A stretch of 64,000 bases of DNA, from the NCBI GenBank assembly GCA_030324005.1, contig JARDVH010000163.1:46660801-46724800 (forward strand). The letters are read 5' to 3'. The notes beneath the pieces were generated by a model. It searched no databases. It was not told the origin of the DNA and was given only the letters and a program-made list of their open reading frames with translations. Positions 1-13,064 of this stretch are shown piece by piece. Position 1 is the stretch's first letter; every line of letters begins with the position of its first letter. The position numbers were made by a program, and so were the translations under genes. Origin of the DNA: Negaprion brevirostris (lineage: Eukaryota).

Positions 1-3000
1 TCTCATAATCCATTTTACCTTTCTTTATAGCTTATGAAAAACAGTGGGGCTTGTTTAACTATGCAATTAACTATACTTGCCTTTGAAGAACCAGAGGATG
101 AATGTAAAGCCATAATAATAATTTTAAAAGGCTCAAGAAATTGAAACGACATATGATAAGCCTTGCCACAAATTTACCAACCCTCATGTGCCAGCTCACC
201 TTTGCCCTCTTCTGTCATCTACATACTAAATCTAACATGTCCTCTTGCTACAGACTTTTTTCTGTCACAATGACCCTGTCTGGGTTGCCCACCTTTGATT
301 CTGATGACATGTCTTTTTTTTTCCCATTTGGAGGAAGAGAGGACATTGATACATGCCTATGAGTGTTATAGAGACTGTCCATACATAGGTTATGCATATC
401 TTTATGATTAAAGGGGAGCTGCCTTATCCTTTTAATAGACTTTAGAGATTGGCATAAGACCTGGAGGCAAACTGTAAAGTGAAATGGCTGTTTTGAGCAA
501 GATATACACATGAATTGCTATAAGAGAGGGATCTATAGTATTGGACTCCGGCAAGAAGTCAATCACCTTCAGAACAGGAGGGATGGGGAAACAATTAGCA
601 GAAAAAGATGTGGCTATTAGCCATCATTTTCCTACTTTACAACAGAGTCTCCAGTTCAAAAGTATTTCTCTTACTATAAAATACTTCGTGACATCCTGTG
701 ATTATGAAATGTGTTATATAAATGCCAGTTGTTCTTAGTAACAGCAGTTATGGAAAGTGCCACAATTCAAATCATCTCACTGTTGAAAGCCATCATGAAT
801 CTGAGAAGACTAAAATTGGATATATATCAGTTAGGCAATGTTAAATTACTATAATTTCACAAATTGAGTATTAATAATACATAGTNNNNNNNNNNGAGGC
901 AAATTCACCAAATTTAAAAATGTTAATGTAAAAATCTAACAATCTGCTTGGTGTAGAAATTCTGTACTGTATTGTTCAACAAACTTAGTTAACAAAAGAA
1001 CTACTATTTTATTGGTTCAGAAGATGGTGTATAAACTGAACCAAATTGCCAACCTTACCGAAAATAAATTCTGATGTTGAAGAAAATAAAGTTTGATGAA
1101 TAATCATAAGGTCTTGAAAGCACTGAGAGGCACTGTGAAATGAGGTTGTTTATTACAGTATAAAAAGTTAATGGATCCGTCAGTCTCAATACAAGTACTT
1201 CAGTACTCATGATGTAAAGGCACATGAAGAAATCAAATAGCACATTTGAAAAAAAGTAATTCAGTGGTTTCAAAGCAGCTCTGTATTACTGTATTACAGT
1301 ACCACTATCACTGTCATACTACATGGTCAGTGACTTATTATCTATCATTTATTCACATATTTCTGTCTTTAGATGGACAAGATATGTCAAAACAGTATAT
1401 TGGTCTAGTGGATCAATTTTTATAACTTCTGCATTGAGTGTGTTTAGACATTGATTTTTAAAATCATCGGTGAAACAAATTGTGTCTGACGGACAAATAA
1501 TTTTGTTCCTTGTAGACATAAACCTACACAAGTTTGCTCAGTTCAAAAATGCAATTTGTAAAACCCATTTGCAGCTGCGTGGATATAATATATCTGCTTC
1601 AAATTTTACAGAAATAACAAGTTTAGTAAGTTTACCAGGGACTTGGCTGAAGCAATAGGTTAGTGCAATTCTAAAATGCAATAACGTTGGAAGTAGTCCT
1701 CATTTGTAGAGATATTACTGCAGTTCTTCAATATTGTACAAGTACAGAATAATTTTTGAATGTCTATATAAAGGCATCTACTTTGTATCACCAGTGAGTA
1801 TATTCCCTCATGCCTTTATTAATAACTATCCATTTTGTCTGTAAGTCAATAAAAAATCCTGATAGAGCCAAACTACAGACATTTTTGTGATTCCCATATA
1901 TCTAAGACAAATACTCTAATTTATTAGTGTTGAAATTTAATTTACTAAACTACAGTGCTAATGAGCTGTTGCCCCAGGACCACTAATTAGATTCACTTTA
2001 TTTGTGTCATTATAATTAAATTATCTTCCACAGTGATGGCCTGAAGTAATCAAATATTTTCATGAAATTTCCTAATGGAATGTTGTCAGCAAAACTAAAG
2101 AGCTTCCGAGCTCACTAAGCTGCAATTTATTTCCAGGTCATTTCCAATTTATCTTATGATCTATTTGCGATAAACTGTAAATAATATACAATATAACACA
2201 AAGGTGGCAGTTTAACAAATGCATGAAAAAAACTTATATCATAAATCAGTGACTTATATTGAAATATTGAATCTGAATTCTCATCTTTGTGAGGCTTTGG
2301 AACTTCTTGATGTTTCTGGATCATTTGAATATTTCACGCGTAAAATTGCACCTTGTCACATGCTTCTGCTGCAAGGATCATACTGAGTATTTAAAAGTTC
2401 ACATCCTTCTGGACAAAGCACCACAACCAAAAATAGCCCCAATTGTAATTTTAAATAAAAGATTGAATGATGATGTTCTGACATGTTGGTAATAATCCAA
2501 CTTGCAAGTTGCCTTGTGGCTCTGTTGTCCTGTTTTGATCTTCTCTCTAGATTTTCTTTTCCTTTTTGCAAGCTTTTTTGTCCCCAGGCCATGTACCTTT
2601 CATGGCCAATTAAGAGAGGCCCATTGCACAGTCCACTTCCAGGTTACTACCCAACCACCAAGTGCTATTTACCAATCCAGTGAAGAATCTTCCTATAAGT
2701 GTCGACTTCTCATCAAAGTTCATTACTCAATCAGGTCAGATATTTTGCAGAACAGGAGATCAAACATCAGTCTTACTGATCCATGCTGTCATATTATTGT
2801 TCCAATGTTTTGTGCCTCCGTATTTTTTTGAAAGATTCAATAAATTAAAATCAAAGGTATATAGGTAACAGGTGTTAAGTTAAATATTTAAATAAAATAA
2901 AATGAAATTGACACGATGGAAGCAGCTGATTAATGACTAGCTCGTATTTATTTACATCTTAATTTAATTCTGTTAAGTCAGTTAATAGTTTAGTAAATAG

Positions 3001-3044
3001 AGGCATTGAAGGGCACCTTGATCCCATGAAGTGCTACTTAGGTA

Positions 3045-3361
3045 GTTCTTTTATGTACCCAACGAGTAAACGAACTCAAATTAACTTAGGGACAAATTAA
3101 GAGGGGCAGCCCCCCAAAAAGGAAGGGGGGCATGGCCCGAACAGAAGCCAAAGTCCAAAGGAAACTTAAAACATTAACTCAAAATGTGATTATCAGAGTC
3201 TATAACACACCTCAGCCCCTGCTGTGCCCAGCGGGCACGGCAGGTGTCAACTGCGCCCGTGGACGCCACACGCTCCCTCTCCAGGGACACCTGGCTGCGA
3301 ACATAGCCGCTGTAGAGGGGCAGGCAGTCGGGATGAACGGCCCCATCGATCGCCCACTGCC
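3045..3361 (-). mobile_element. 5'-truncated Tx1/L1-clade retrotransposon 3' end with 15-bp target-site duplication
   Basis: Open minus frame QWAIDGAVHPDCLPLYSGYVRSQVSLERERVASTGAVDTCRARWAQQGLRCVIDSDNHILS* (stop 3174-3176) resembles a Tx1 ORF2 C-terminus. Perfect direct repeat AGTGCTACTTAGGTA at 3030-3044 and 3362-3376. Confidence 0.8.
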
Positions 3362-4154
3362 AGTGCTACTTAGGTATTCCAGGATACTTCTTGTGTCCTG
3401 GATGACCACACTTGCAGAATCTTGGGCCATGGGTTTCAGAGTTTGAGTAACAGCTGGCTTCACTGATGTCAAGGAAGACCAGATATGTGATGCAAGAATC
3501 CCCTGAATGCATCTTGTTGGCCAAAGGATATTCAGTTCTGAATTCTGGTGATGGTGCCTCTGGAGGTTGCAGCCGTAACCAAGGCCATAGCACCACAACT
3601 GGCTCAGCTGTACAAGGGGGAAGGAGGGAGACGGGGAAAGCAATTGTGGTAATGGGTCCTATAATTAGGGGAGCAGAGAGGCATTAAATCCAGGGCAGTT
3701 TGTTGCCTCCCTGGGTGGTTGGTGAAGAATGAGTAGCCAGGAGTCGTAGGGCATGGTCCATACCTGGAATAATGATGTTGGTAGAAAGATGAACAATGCC
3801 CTGCAGGCATATTTTACAGCACTAGAAAAAGAACCAGCCAGCAGGATCGCACAGGTGTCGATCTCTGCATTACGTACCAGCTCTATGTGGTAGTGAGCAT
3901 TGGAGGATAGAGCAGATGAATGCATGGTGAAGCAACAGCACATTAAGGAAGAGTTTAGATATCTGGAATACTGTGATTGGTTATGGGATGGATGAGACCC
4001 CATACAGGCCAGACAGATTGCAACTGAACACAATAAGGACTGAACAGTTTGCTTGCACCATTCAGGAGAGTTTAAACTAATTTGGCAGAGAGGAAAATAA
4101 AAAGATGCATGAAGAGTTAGGAGAAACAGATAGCTCCAGAATTAGAAATAGTGT

Positions 4155-4900
4155 CAGGAATTTTGCATCTCTCCCCTCTACCCCCACATCTCCTCCCAGT
4201 AGGATCTGAGATACGGTTGAGGTGGGAGGTGAAGAATGGGAAGAGTAGAGTAGCATGGACAGGATTCCCTCCAGGATCCTGCATGCTCCAATACAGGTAA
4301 GATTCTATGATGGAGCAGACAGAGCCTCAGATAGGAAACTCACCCATACCCTAATTAAGGCCCTTAAGTGGCCACTTAATGCCCAGCCTCAAGTTTTAGG
4401 CACCCGGTGCCTGAGGGTGGGAAACATACAAAATTCACAATCTCAGGCAGGCAGGGGCAGGGGCACCTACATTGGAAGACCCTTTCAGACCCCCCTCATA
4501 GACTTGGGCCTCCATCCCTCCCTCTTCCCCTGACCTACTATCCAACAGTGAGAACATTCCCTTCCACCCCCACAAATCTGGGCATCGCCTATCCACCCTT
4601 CACTGGGACCCCTGATACTTATCAGCACTGCAGTTCCACATTGGGTGGAATTTTCCCGTCCCACCTGATGAGAATCATAGCAGGCGGGACACTGACGATG
4701 TAAAGGTCTGTTGATCTCGGGCAGGATTTTCAGGTCTTGGGGCGAGCATAGCCACAAAATCCCATCCATATCCCAGGCGTGGCATTGTAGTACCTTTTCT
4801 GGCCACTGCAGCGATGTGCCTGGACCTGCTAAAGAGCTGTTTGCTAATCTGATTGGTCAGCAGCTCTCCAAGGCAGGACATCCTTCCAAGGGCAGTCCAG
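4155..4900. mobile_element. GC-rich non-autonomous DNA-transposon/MITE debris inside the CR1, including a short MITE at 4643-4767
   Basis: Inner element starts GGGTGGAATTTTC and ends AAAATCCCATCC (imperfect TIRs). A related copy lies at about 21340-21460. Confidence 0.6.
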
Positions 4901-6599
4901 CCTGCTGCCAATCAATGTTCATTAGAGCAGAAAATAGAAGCAGGTATGTCAGAGTCAGCAGGGATGTGATGAGCGCTCTGCATCCTGATAATTCAGGCAA
5001 TAAGTCACTGGGTGGAATCAGAGTAAGAGGGAATGCAATGAGGTCTAAATTAGGGTTACTCTCTGCTTGTATGTGGATGAAATTACTGTGTTAAAAAAGA
5101 TTTGTGAGTTGCAGGCACAGTTAGCCACATGGGAGTTAGGTTATTGTGGTAAGAGACACGTGGCTCATAAAGGGTAGGATTGGGTAGTAAATAATCTACA
5201 AGGTGTTGAAGAAAGATCGAGAAGGAAAGAAAAGAGCAGTGGTGCCAGTATAAAATAAGGAGAATATTACAATGCTAGAGATGTCCTAAAGGCATCAAGA
5301 ACTGAATCTGTTTGGTTAATGCTAAGAAACAATAGAAATACAATTACACTATTAAGTGTATTCAATGGCCCTCTAACCGGTGGAAAATGTTTGAGGAATA
5401 AATTTGCAAGCAAATTAAGAGACCGGTCCAAAAACTGTGGAGCAGTTATAATGGGAGATACTAATTATCCTAATAAAGATGTGGATAGTAATAGTTTAAA
5501 GGGCAAAAAGTTTCTGAAGCATGTTCAGGAGAATTTTCTACATCAGTATGCTTCCAATCCAAGGAGAAAGGAAGCATTACTGGAAAAAGTGTCAGTTAGG
5601 GAACTGTGATCATTGTATGTGGTTTAGGTTAGCCATGGAAAAATAGCTCTGAAGAAGTCATATGGACTCTAATTCTCTCTCCATAAACCTGCTGAGATTT
5701 TCCAGCACTTTCTTATTTATTTCATATTTCCAGAACGTATAAACGTATACATTATCATAAACTAATTAGCTGTGGGAGGGTCAATTTCAATGGAGTGTGA
5801 ATGGATATGGCTCAGGTAATTCAGAATCAAAGATTCTCAGGCAAAATGTAGTTGGATAATAGGCAGCCTATAAAGAAGGAGGTGGTTTGGATAAAGTCAA
5901 GATACAAGAATCAAGCGGGGGAAAGATAAGACAAACAAAGCCTTGGGTGATGAAAGACATAGAAAGTAAGATGAAATAGAAAAAGGGTGTTGTATAGGTT
6001 GATGGTACACATGAGAAACAAGCTGAATAGAGATAGCTCAGGGAAAATGAAAAAAAGAGCAGCAAAGAAAGAGTATGAAAAATGACTGGCAGCCAATATA
6101 AGAAGAAATCCAAAGGTCTATGGGCATATAAATTGTGAAAAAGTAATAAAAAGAAGAGTAGGACCTATGAGGGACCAAAAGAGAATTTACACATGCAGGC
6201 AAAGAAAATGGCTGAGGTACTAAATGACTACTTTCCATCTGACTTTCCCAAGGAAGAAAACGCTACCATGATGAAAGAGATGCTAGTTGAGACATTGGAA
6301 GAGCTTGAAGTTGATAAAGACGAAGGATAGAAGGGCTGGCTGCAATTAAAATTGATAGTTCACTAGAATGCATATGAGGAAACTAAGAGAACTAAAGGTG
6401 GATATTGCTGAAGCACTGGCCATAATCTTCCAAACTTCTTTCGATGCAAGGATGATGCCAGAATATTGGAGAATTGCAAATAGAACACAGAACACTACAN
6501 NNNNNNNNNNNNNNNNNNNNNNNNNNNNNNNNNNNNNNNNNNNNNNNNNNNNNNNNNNNNNNNNNNNNNNNNNNNNNNNNNNNNNNNNNNNNNNNNNNN

Positions 6600-7045
6600 C
6601 ATTAGTGAACCTGATGGATTTTACGATAATTGACAATGGTTTCATGTCGTCAGTAGATTTTTAATTCCAGATGCTTATTGAATTCTAGTTTCTCCAACTA
6701 ATTTTTATAAATTTTGTTTTATTCATCACAAGTAAGGCTTACATTCACACTGTAATGAAGTTACTGTAAAAATTCCCACGTCGCCATACTCAGGCACCTG
6801 TTCGGGTCAATGCACCTAAACAGCACATCTTTCAGACAGTGGGAGGAAACACACGCAAACAGCGGGAGACTCTGCAAACTCCACACAGACAGTGACCCAA
6901 GCCAGGAATTGAACCCATGTGAGGCAGCAGCGCTAACCACTGTGCCACCATGCCACCATGGTAGGATTTGCATGGTGGGATTTGAACCTAAGTCCCCAGA
7001 GCATTACCCTGGGTCCTGGGTTAATAGTCCAGTGGCAATACCACT
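6600..7045 (-). mobile_element. SacSINE1/DeuSINE-like tRNA SINE, split by a younger SINE
   Basis: Head GCAGTGGTATTGCCACTGGACTATTAACCCAGGACCCAGGGTAATGCTCTGGGG...GGTTCAAATCCCACC at about 6960-7045 and body GAATTCAATAAGCATCTGGAATTAAAA...GGTTCACTAATG at 6600-6686. Both match the intact copy at 21640-21975. Confidence 0.75.
6715..6960 (-). mobile_element. tRNA-derived V-SINE (HE1-like head, AATGTAAGCCTTACTTGTGA tail)
   Basis: Minus strand reads GGTGGCACAGTGGTTAGCGCTGCTGCCTCAC...GGGTTCAATTCCTGGCTTGGGTCACTGTCTGTGTGGAGTTTGCA (A and B boxes). Same family as 36252-36530. Confidence 0.85.
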
Positions 7046-7051
7046 GCACCG

Positions 7052-7370
7052 TGGCGCGGTAGCACAGTGGTTAGCACTGTTGCTTCACGGCTCCAGGGGC
7101 CTGGGTTCGATGCTCGGGTCACTGTCTGTGTGGAGTTTTCACTTTCTCCTCATGTCTGTGTGGGTTTCCTCTGGGTGTTCTGGTTTCTTCCCACAGTCCA
7201 AAGATGTGCGGGTTAGATGGATTGGCCAAGCTAAATTGTCCCTTAGTGTCCCGGGATGTGTAGGTTAGAGGGATTAGCAGCTAAATACAGGGATAGGGCC
7301 TGGGTGGGATTGTTGTCGGTGCAGACTCGATGGGCGGGATGGCCTCTTTCTACACGGTAGGTTTTCTATG
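7052..7370 (+). mobile_element. HE1-like V-SINE
   Basis: A box GGTAGCACAGTGGTTAG, B box GGTTCGATGC, V-domain-like GTGTGGGTTTCCTCTGGGTG...CCCACAGTCCAAAGATGTGCGGGTTAG and CR1-type tail GATGGGCGGGATGGCCTCT...TTCTATG. Confidence 0.88.
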
Positions 7371-9939
7371 GATCAAGTTAGTCTGTTGTAAAAATGAATG
7401 TTTCAGAGTTACAATCACTGATTTATTGCACATTGCAAGAGAACAATCATGGGAATATGAGTAGGCTTTCACTCATTTGTACATTTCAGTGCTATTAGGA
7501 CCTTTGAGGCTGTAAAGAGTAAAGGTGCTTACAAATGATCTTCAAATCCTGAAACTGCTAAATATTTACATCCTTGCATTTCTTCTACATGACATGATGG
7601 TATGAAGTATGGAAAAGATGTCTGATAGGAAATGGGTAAGGGATTACAGAACATTTGTACGCTTCTATTCAAATAAATGGCCAGAGGTGTGGCCTTGTTT
7701 TTCTTTATCACACTGAGGCTGGGAAGTTCTGATCTCCATCATTTGTATGGACATCACAGAATGAAGCAGTGCAACTGTTCATGTACCACGTTGACAGCAA
7801 ACACAGTGGACTATAAAACAGCTACTGAGGCACTGATATTCTATTCTAATAATGCAAGTCTGAGCAAACTTAGGGCCATCTTTTACGTACAAAATGAGAG
7901 GACAAGTGATTCAAAAGAGGTAAAATGCTAAAACTGAAAAATAGCACTAAAATGGTAGAACTTGTGAGAGCAACTAAGAGTGTCATGACCAAAACAAAGA
8001 AAAATAAATGAAAAAGACTGTACAAGCAAAATATTAATAGGGAAGATGAAATGCTGCGAGACATAACCAAAAAATGTAAGGTTGCAAAATATAAAGTTAA
8101 GAAAGAGGTGCTGAAAATGGAGTAAGGTAAACGTGAAGAGAACATTAGATCTTCATTTTCACAATCTATTTGTAACTTCATACTACTACGGTAAAAAGGG
8201 AAGATTGAAAGCTTGAGACTGACTATTATTTTGCACAACCAGGAGCCTCGATTCCTATTGGCACGATCACATTTGGTTCATCTCCAGGAGTATACTAGAA
8301 TTATTTAACATTGCTCTGAGAGAAAGAATGGTTCTTAAAATATGAAGATGACAATAGTGGCCTTTTCAATGTTCTTACCTAATCTGTTTTTGACTGTTAA
8401 TTAACCGCCTAGTTACTAATTTGAGGTAAATTAGGTAAATATCACATACCTGCTGACATATCATTACATTATTCTAAGAAAACATCTGGAATAAGTTTTA
8501 AATGGTCACACCATAAATATTAGCAGATAGTCCATGTCAATGCTCACAGTGAATATTGTTTCATAACAGGTTTGCTTTCTTCATGGAGGGGAGAACAGCA
8601 AGGATCTCAAGGACTGACACATTAAATTAATTCTATTAAATGACTGTCATATGATTTGGGGATCAAATTCCACAATTTTGCATAAGCTGTGTGAAAAATG
8701 GCCTTTATATTTCTTTGTGTATGTACATAATTTTCACCACTTATCAGGTTCATACTGCAAGACAGTATGCCAAGCGTACCCACCAGAGGTAAATATCTAA
8801 CATTTGGTAGTACCATATAGCAAAAATGGGCTATATCTGCACTGTGGTGACTCAGTAGTCATGTAGATGCTAATTTGGTATAACTAAGGGGAGGTTTTTG
8901 TGTTTCTGGATAGGCATCATGCCGTCTGACAGCACTGTGGTGAGACTGCTAGGGTTTGGCCATACGGTGAGATGCTTGATCTGACATTTATGTGCAGGCT
9001 GGGTTGGCAAACTGAGGGCGGACTGATTTGGCTTACGGTGGATTTTGATGTCTTGTCAGCAATAACTTGAGGGTAGGGGGAGGTGGTATTTAGAACATGA
9101 TGCAACTGAGTGTGAATAAAGGTGCCTGAGGTCCGGCAGCATTGGTTTGTAACTTGCTAAGTGATCTCTGAAAATATTTTTTTCTGTCTGCTGCCTCTAT
9201 CACCTAAGTGGCAGTAATTAAAATATTCAAATTTTCTATCAGCAATGCAGGTGGCAAGCCAGTTATAATTGGAAACTTTCATTTGCAAAAGTTAACTTGC
9301 AGTGCCAGAGAGAATGTTTGGCATTAATTGAGACTTACAAAGCGGTTAAAAATTAAATTCCACTTGAATGGACATAGTCTAACTTACTCACTTGTTTAGT
9401 GGGTAATTAATGGGCAAGTGCCATTTCCCTCACATTTGTAAATGCTGAATTTCTCAGAGAAATTTCGGTGTTGGAGCGCTTCTTGAGAAGCGGGGCAAAT
9501 CAAATGNNNNNNNNNNNNNNNNNNNNNNNNNNNNNNNNNNNNNNNNNNTGAAGTTGCTGTCTGTTACATAAGCATTACTGCTGCTGCAAAATCTGAGCTA
9601 GTAAACCACTAACAGACACAAACTACAATTAGATAAAGCAATCATGTTATTGTGTTTTTTTAATCCAATAAAACTTTAGTTTGGACATTAAGGATTGCAG
9701 CTAACTTAGAAAAAGGGGAACATGATTTTTTAAAATCATTGAATAATTTTGATTGGTTCTTCAACAAAATGGTAAAATGTTGACATGTTGAAATAGGATT
9801 TAATCATTATGAATGTTATTAAGTGAATTTATATTATAGATGTTGATAAATATGGTTTTAATGTTAAACATTGACATAATTCAAATCGTGACAGGAGGTT
9901 TTGTTGAGAGGAAGAATGCGCCATGTAAAAGCTTTTAAT

Positions 9940-10915
9940 AAGATAAGTTCGTAAGATATAGGAGCAGAATTAGGCCATTCGGTCCATCAAGTCTGCTGCA
10001 CCATTTGATCATGGCTGATGTGCTCCTCATCCCCATTTTCCTGCCTTTTTCCCATAACCCTTCAATCCATTAAAAATTAAAAATCTGCCTAACTATTCCT
10101 TAAATTTCCTCACTGTTCCAGCATCCACCGCACTTTGGGTTAGCGAATTCCANNNNNNNNNNNNNNNNNNNNNNNNNNNNNNNNNNNNNNNNNNNNNNNN
10201 NNNNNNNNNNNNNNNNNNNNNNNNNNNNNNNNNNNNNNNNNNNNNNNNNNNNNNNNNNNNNNNNNNNNNNNNNNNNNNNNNNNNNNNNNNNNNNNNNNNN
10301 NNNNNNNNNNNNNNNNNNNNNNNNNNNNNNNNNNNNNNNNNNNNNNNNNNNNNNNNNNNNNNNNNNNNNNNNNNNNNNNNNNNNNNNNNNNNNNNNNNNN
10401 NNNNNNNNNNNNNNNNNNNNNNNNNNNNNNNNNNNNNNNNNNNNNNNNNNNNNNNNNNNNNNNNNNNNNNNNNNNNNNNNNNNNNNNNNNNNNNNNNNNN
10501 NNNNNNNNNNNNNNNNNNNNNNNNNNNNNNNNNNNNNNNNNNNNNNNNNNNNNNNNNNNNNNNNNNNNNNNNNNNNNNNNNNNNNNNNNNNNNNNNNNNN
10601 NNNNNNNNNNNNNNNNNNNNNNNNNNNNNNNNNNNNNNNNNNNNNNNNNNNNNNNNNNNNNNNNNNNNNNNNNNNNNNNNNNNNNNNNNNNNNNNNNNNN
10701 NNNNNNNNNNNNNNNNNNNNNNNNNNNNNNNNNNNNNNNNNNNNNNNNNNNNNNNNNNNNTCCATATTTCAGGTTCTTATGTCCTCTTTGTAACTTACTG
10801 TCCTACCCATTTTTGTGCCATTTGCACAATTGGCTATAGAGCCTTCTATCCCTATATCCAAGTCATTAATTTAGATTGTAAATAGCTGGAGGCCCAAGGA
10901 CCAAACTCTGAGGCA
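9940..10915 (-). mobile_element. CR1 LINE 3' fragment spanning an assembly gap (10153-10760)
   Basis: Reverse-oriented CR1 tail (TAAGATATAGGAGCAGAATTAGGCCATTCGG...GATCATGGCTGAT) before the gap and RT-like sequence after it. Confidence 0.75.
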
Positions 10916-11419
10916 CGCTGTGGATACTAGCTGAACTCCAATTGCATCCCACATAACAAATCAAGGCCAGGGGAGTTTTCAGAGATATGAAGGCAAGGAA
11001 TAAGTGAATGAGAGGATGCAATTGTAATTGAATTTCCATTTTAAAATATTTCCTTAAATCCTACTTAGAATTTTATTTCTAATTAAAAATAGTGAAACTT
11101 GCAGCAATTTTAAAAGCAGAGAAGTAGAGTTGGTCAAAGCACAGGAGTTTCTCTATTGGCTAAAACAACAGCCAAAAAAGGAAAACAGAGGCACAACAGT
11201 GCCACCATTAGTGGGAGGCTATAATTACAGCATGACAAGCTTACATAGGCAATTTCCATTATAAAATATGCACATTGGAAGTTATAACATAAAAACCAAC
11301 AAAATTAAAAATTCAGAACAAGTATTAAGATTTTTAGATCAAATATGAATGTATATGCAAAACTGCCAATTATTAATCTGTTTGAAGCTCTAGAAATTAA
11401 AGTGTTAAAAGTTTATATA

Positions 11420-11540
11420 ATAGTGTCATAAGTAGGCTTACATTAAAACTGCAACAAAGTTACTGTGAAAATTCCTTTCTGCCACACGCTGGCACCTGTT
11501 CAGTACACTGCAGGAGAATTTTAGCATGACTAATGCAAAT
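11420..11540 (-). mobile_element. SINE tail fragment
   Basis: AAGTAGGCTTACATTAAAACTGCAACAAAGTTACTGTGAAAATTCC matches the reverse complement of the tail at 36465-36520. Confidence 0.7.
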
Positions 11541-11659
11541 TAATCTTATTGTCTCACACACTGTTAGCATATTCTGCAAAACTTTATTTTGTATACAATA
11601 ATATATTCATCATAATTTCTATTCAAGACATGCTGTAACCCAAATCAACTGGACATCTC

Positions 11660-12340
11660 AGCTTCTTAAATTCTGACCACATGAAAATTGGATGACCAAA
11701 ATGTAGGAATCAGGAATGGAAACAAATCCATTTTTGTATGTAGTGAANNNAAAATTATGGGAAGTTGAAGTAGGAAGCAGAGAGTGGTGGATTGTGAATG
11801 TTTTTCATACCAGAAGAAGGTGGTGGAGTTCCTCAGGTTGGTGTTAGCTCCCAAGCTCTGTCTAAGATATACATATATATTAATGTAAGGGACACAATTT
11901 CATAATTTACAGAAAATACAAATCTTAAAATGATAAATTGGGAGGAGAATGTTGTAAAACTCCAGAGAGACATGGATGGGCTCGTGGAAAGGGTGGACAA
12001 ATGGCAGATTAAATTTAATGCAAAACAGTGTGTAATTATTAATTTTGGTGAAAAGAACACAAAGACAAAATAAAATAAAGATTCTAATTCTCTGATGGAT
12101 GCAAAAGCAAAGGGACATTTGTGCTTATGTGCATAAATAACTGAAGATTGCAAGACAGGTTGAGAAAGTCTGTAATAAAGCATTCAGTATCCTAGGCTTT
12201 ACTCATAAAAGTATAAAAGCAAAGAAGTTATGTTAAACTCGTATAAGACACTGCATTAGCCTCAGGTGCAGCAATATGTTTATTTCTGGGTACCAAACTT
12301 TAAAAAGATGTGAATCATTGGAGAATGCAAAAAAATTCCC
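11660..12340 (+). mobile_element. Degenerate CR1 RT fragment
   Basis: GGAAGCAGAGAGTGGTGG...GGAGTTCCTCAGG (RKQRV...GVPQG-like), TGGCAGATTAAATTTAATGCA (WQIKFNA) and TATAAGACACTGCATTAGCCTCAG (YKTLVRP-like). Confidence 0.75.
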
Positions 12341-12894
12341 AAAATAGCTCCTCTAGTGTTCAATGGTTTGATTGACCTCAATTTGATTGTGTTGTCTGTT
12401 CATTAATCCTGGTTGAGTGTCAAATTGTGTTTTGCAAGTCAAGTAAGCCCTACTGATAATCATTTATTGCCTTCTCCTTAGCCCCTTCCATGGACAGTGA
12501 TATCATCAAGTAGGTTAAAGGTCCCCTCAACATGTGACAAGGCTGAAGAAATGATCTTCTGGAATGCACGAGATGCAGAACTTAGTCCATAGAGCATTCT
12601 GCAATGCTGAAAGACACATTATGGGTGAAAAAAGCTGTAAAATATTGGCTTTGCTCTTCTCAAGGTAGTCCCATCATATATCAAGCTTTGAGAAGACTGT
12701 GGACTCATGAAATGATGCTTGTTACTTGTCCGGAATGATAGCTGGAATGGTAAGGTAAGGTTATGCATAGCCTACATTCACCATTTTTACATCATGCAAT
12801 GACTAGATTTAATTTGAGTCGATGCACTCAATGATAGATACTGTTTGCTTTGTGTCATTTCAGCTCCTGTCACACTTCAGCATGGATTGCAAAT

Positions 12895-13062
12895 GACGTT
12901 CCTTTACTGTTGCAGGATCAAAATCCTGGAATTCCCTCCCAAATAGCACTTGAGGGTGTACCTACATCTCAGGGATTGCAGTGGTTTTGGAAAGCAGCTT
13001 GCCAGCACCTTCTCAAGGGTAACTAGGGCTGGGCAATAAACACTTGTCTAGCCAGTGATGAA
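12895..13062 (+). mobile_element. LINE 3' tail of the family sharing its end with SacSINE1-like SINEs
   Basis: CAAAATCCTGGAATTCCCTCCC...CACCTTCTCAAGGGTAACTAGGGCTGGGCAATAAA. The same tail occurs at 21910-21970 and 52890-53030. Confidence 0.7.
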
Positions 13063-13064
13063 CA

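Larger units (their letters stand above)
3005..6483 (+). mobile_element. Degenerate CR1-clade LINE (ORF1 zinc finger/esterase and ORF2 endonuclease remnants), interrupted by younger insertions
   Basis: Fragments translate to DTSCVLDDHTCR (ORF1 Zn finger), GKAIVVMGPIIRGAERH (esterase GDS motif region), GAVIMGDTNYPN...FLKHVQENFLHQYASNPRRKEALL (APE endonuclease) and LRELKVDIAEALAIIFQTSFDARMMPEYWRIAN (pre-RT). Many stops and frameshifts. Confidence 0.85.

Noticed and set aside
7052-7125. tRNA-like sequences with A/B boxes (also about 36255 and 38050)
   Set aside because: They are SINE heads continuing into SINE bodies; no complete cloverleaf.
7920-8130. Lys-rich + frame and its hydrophobic antisense ORF 7870-8238
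   Set aside because: A-rich with internal stops; at best an ancient LINE linker fragment, with no support as a gene.
10100-10765. Long ORFs made of X (also 39970-40462 and 59428-60187)
   Set aside because: Artefacts of translating N gaps.
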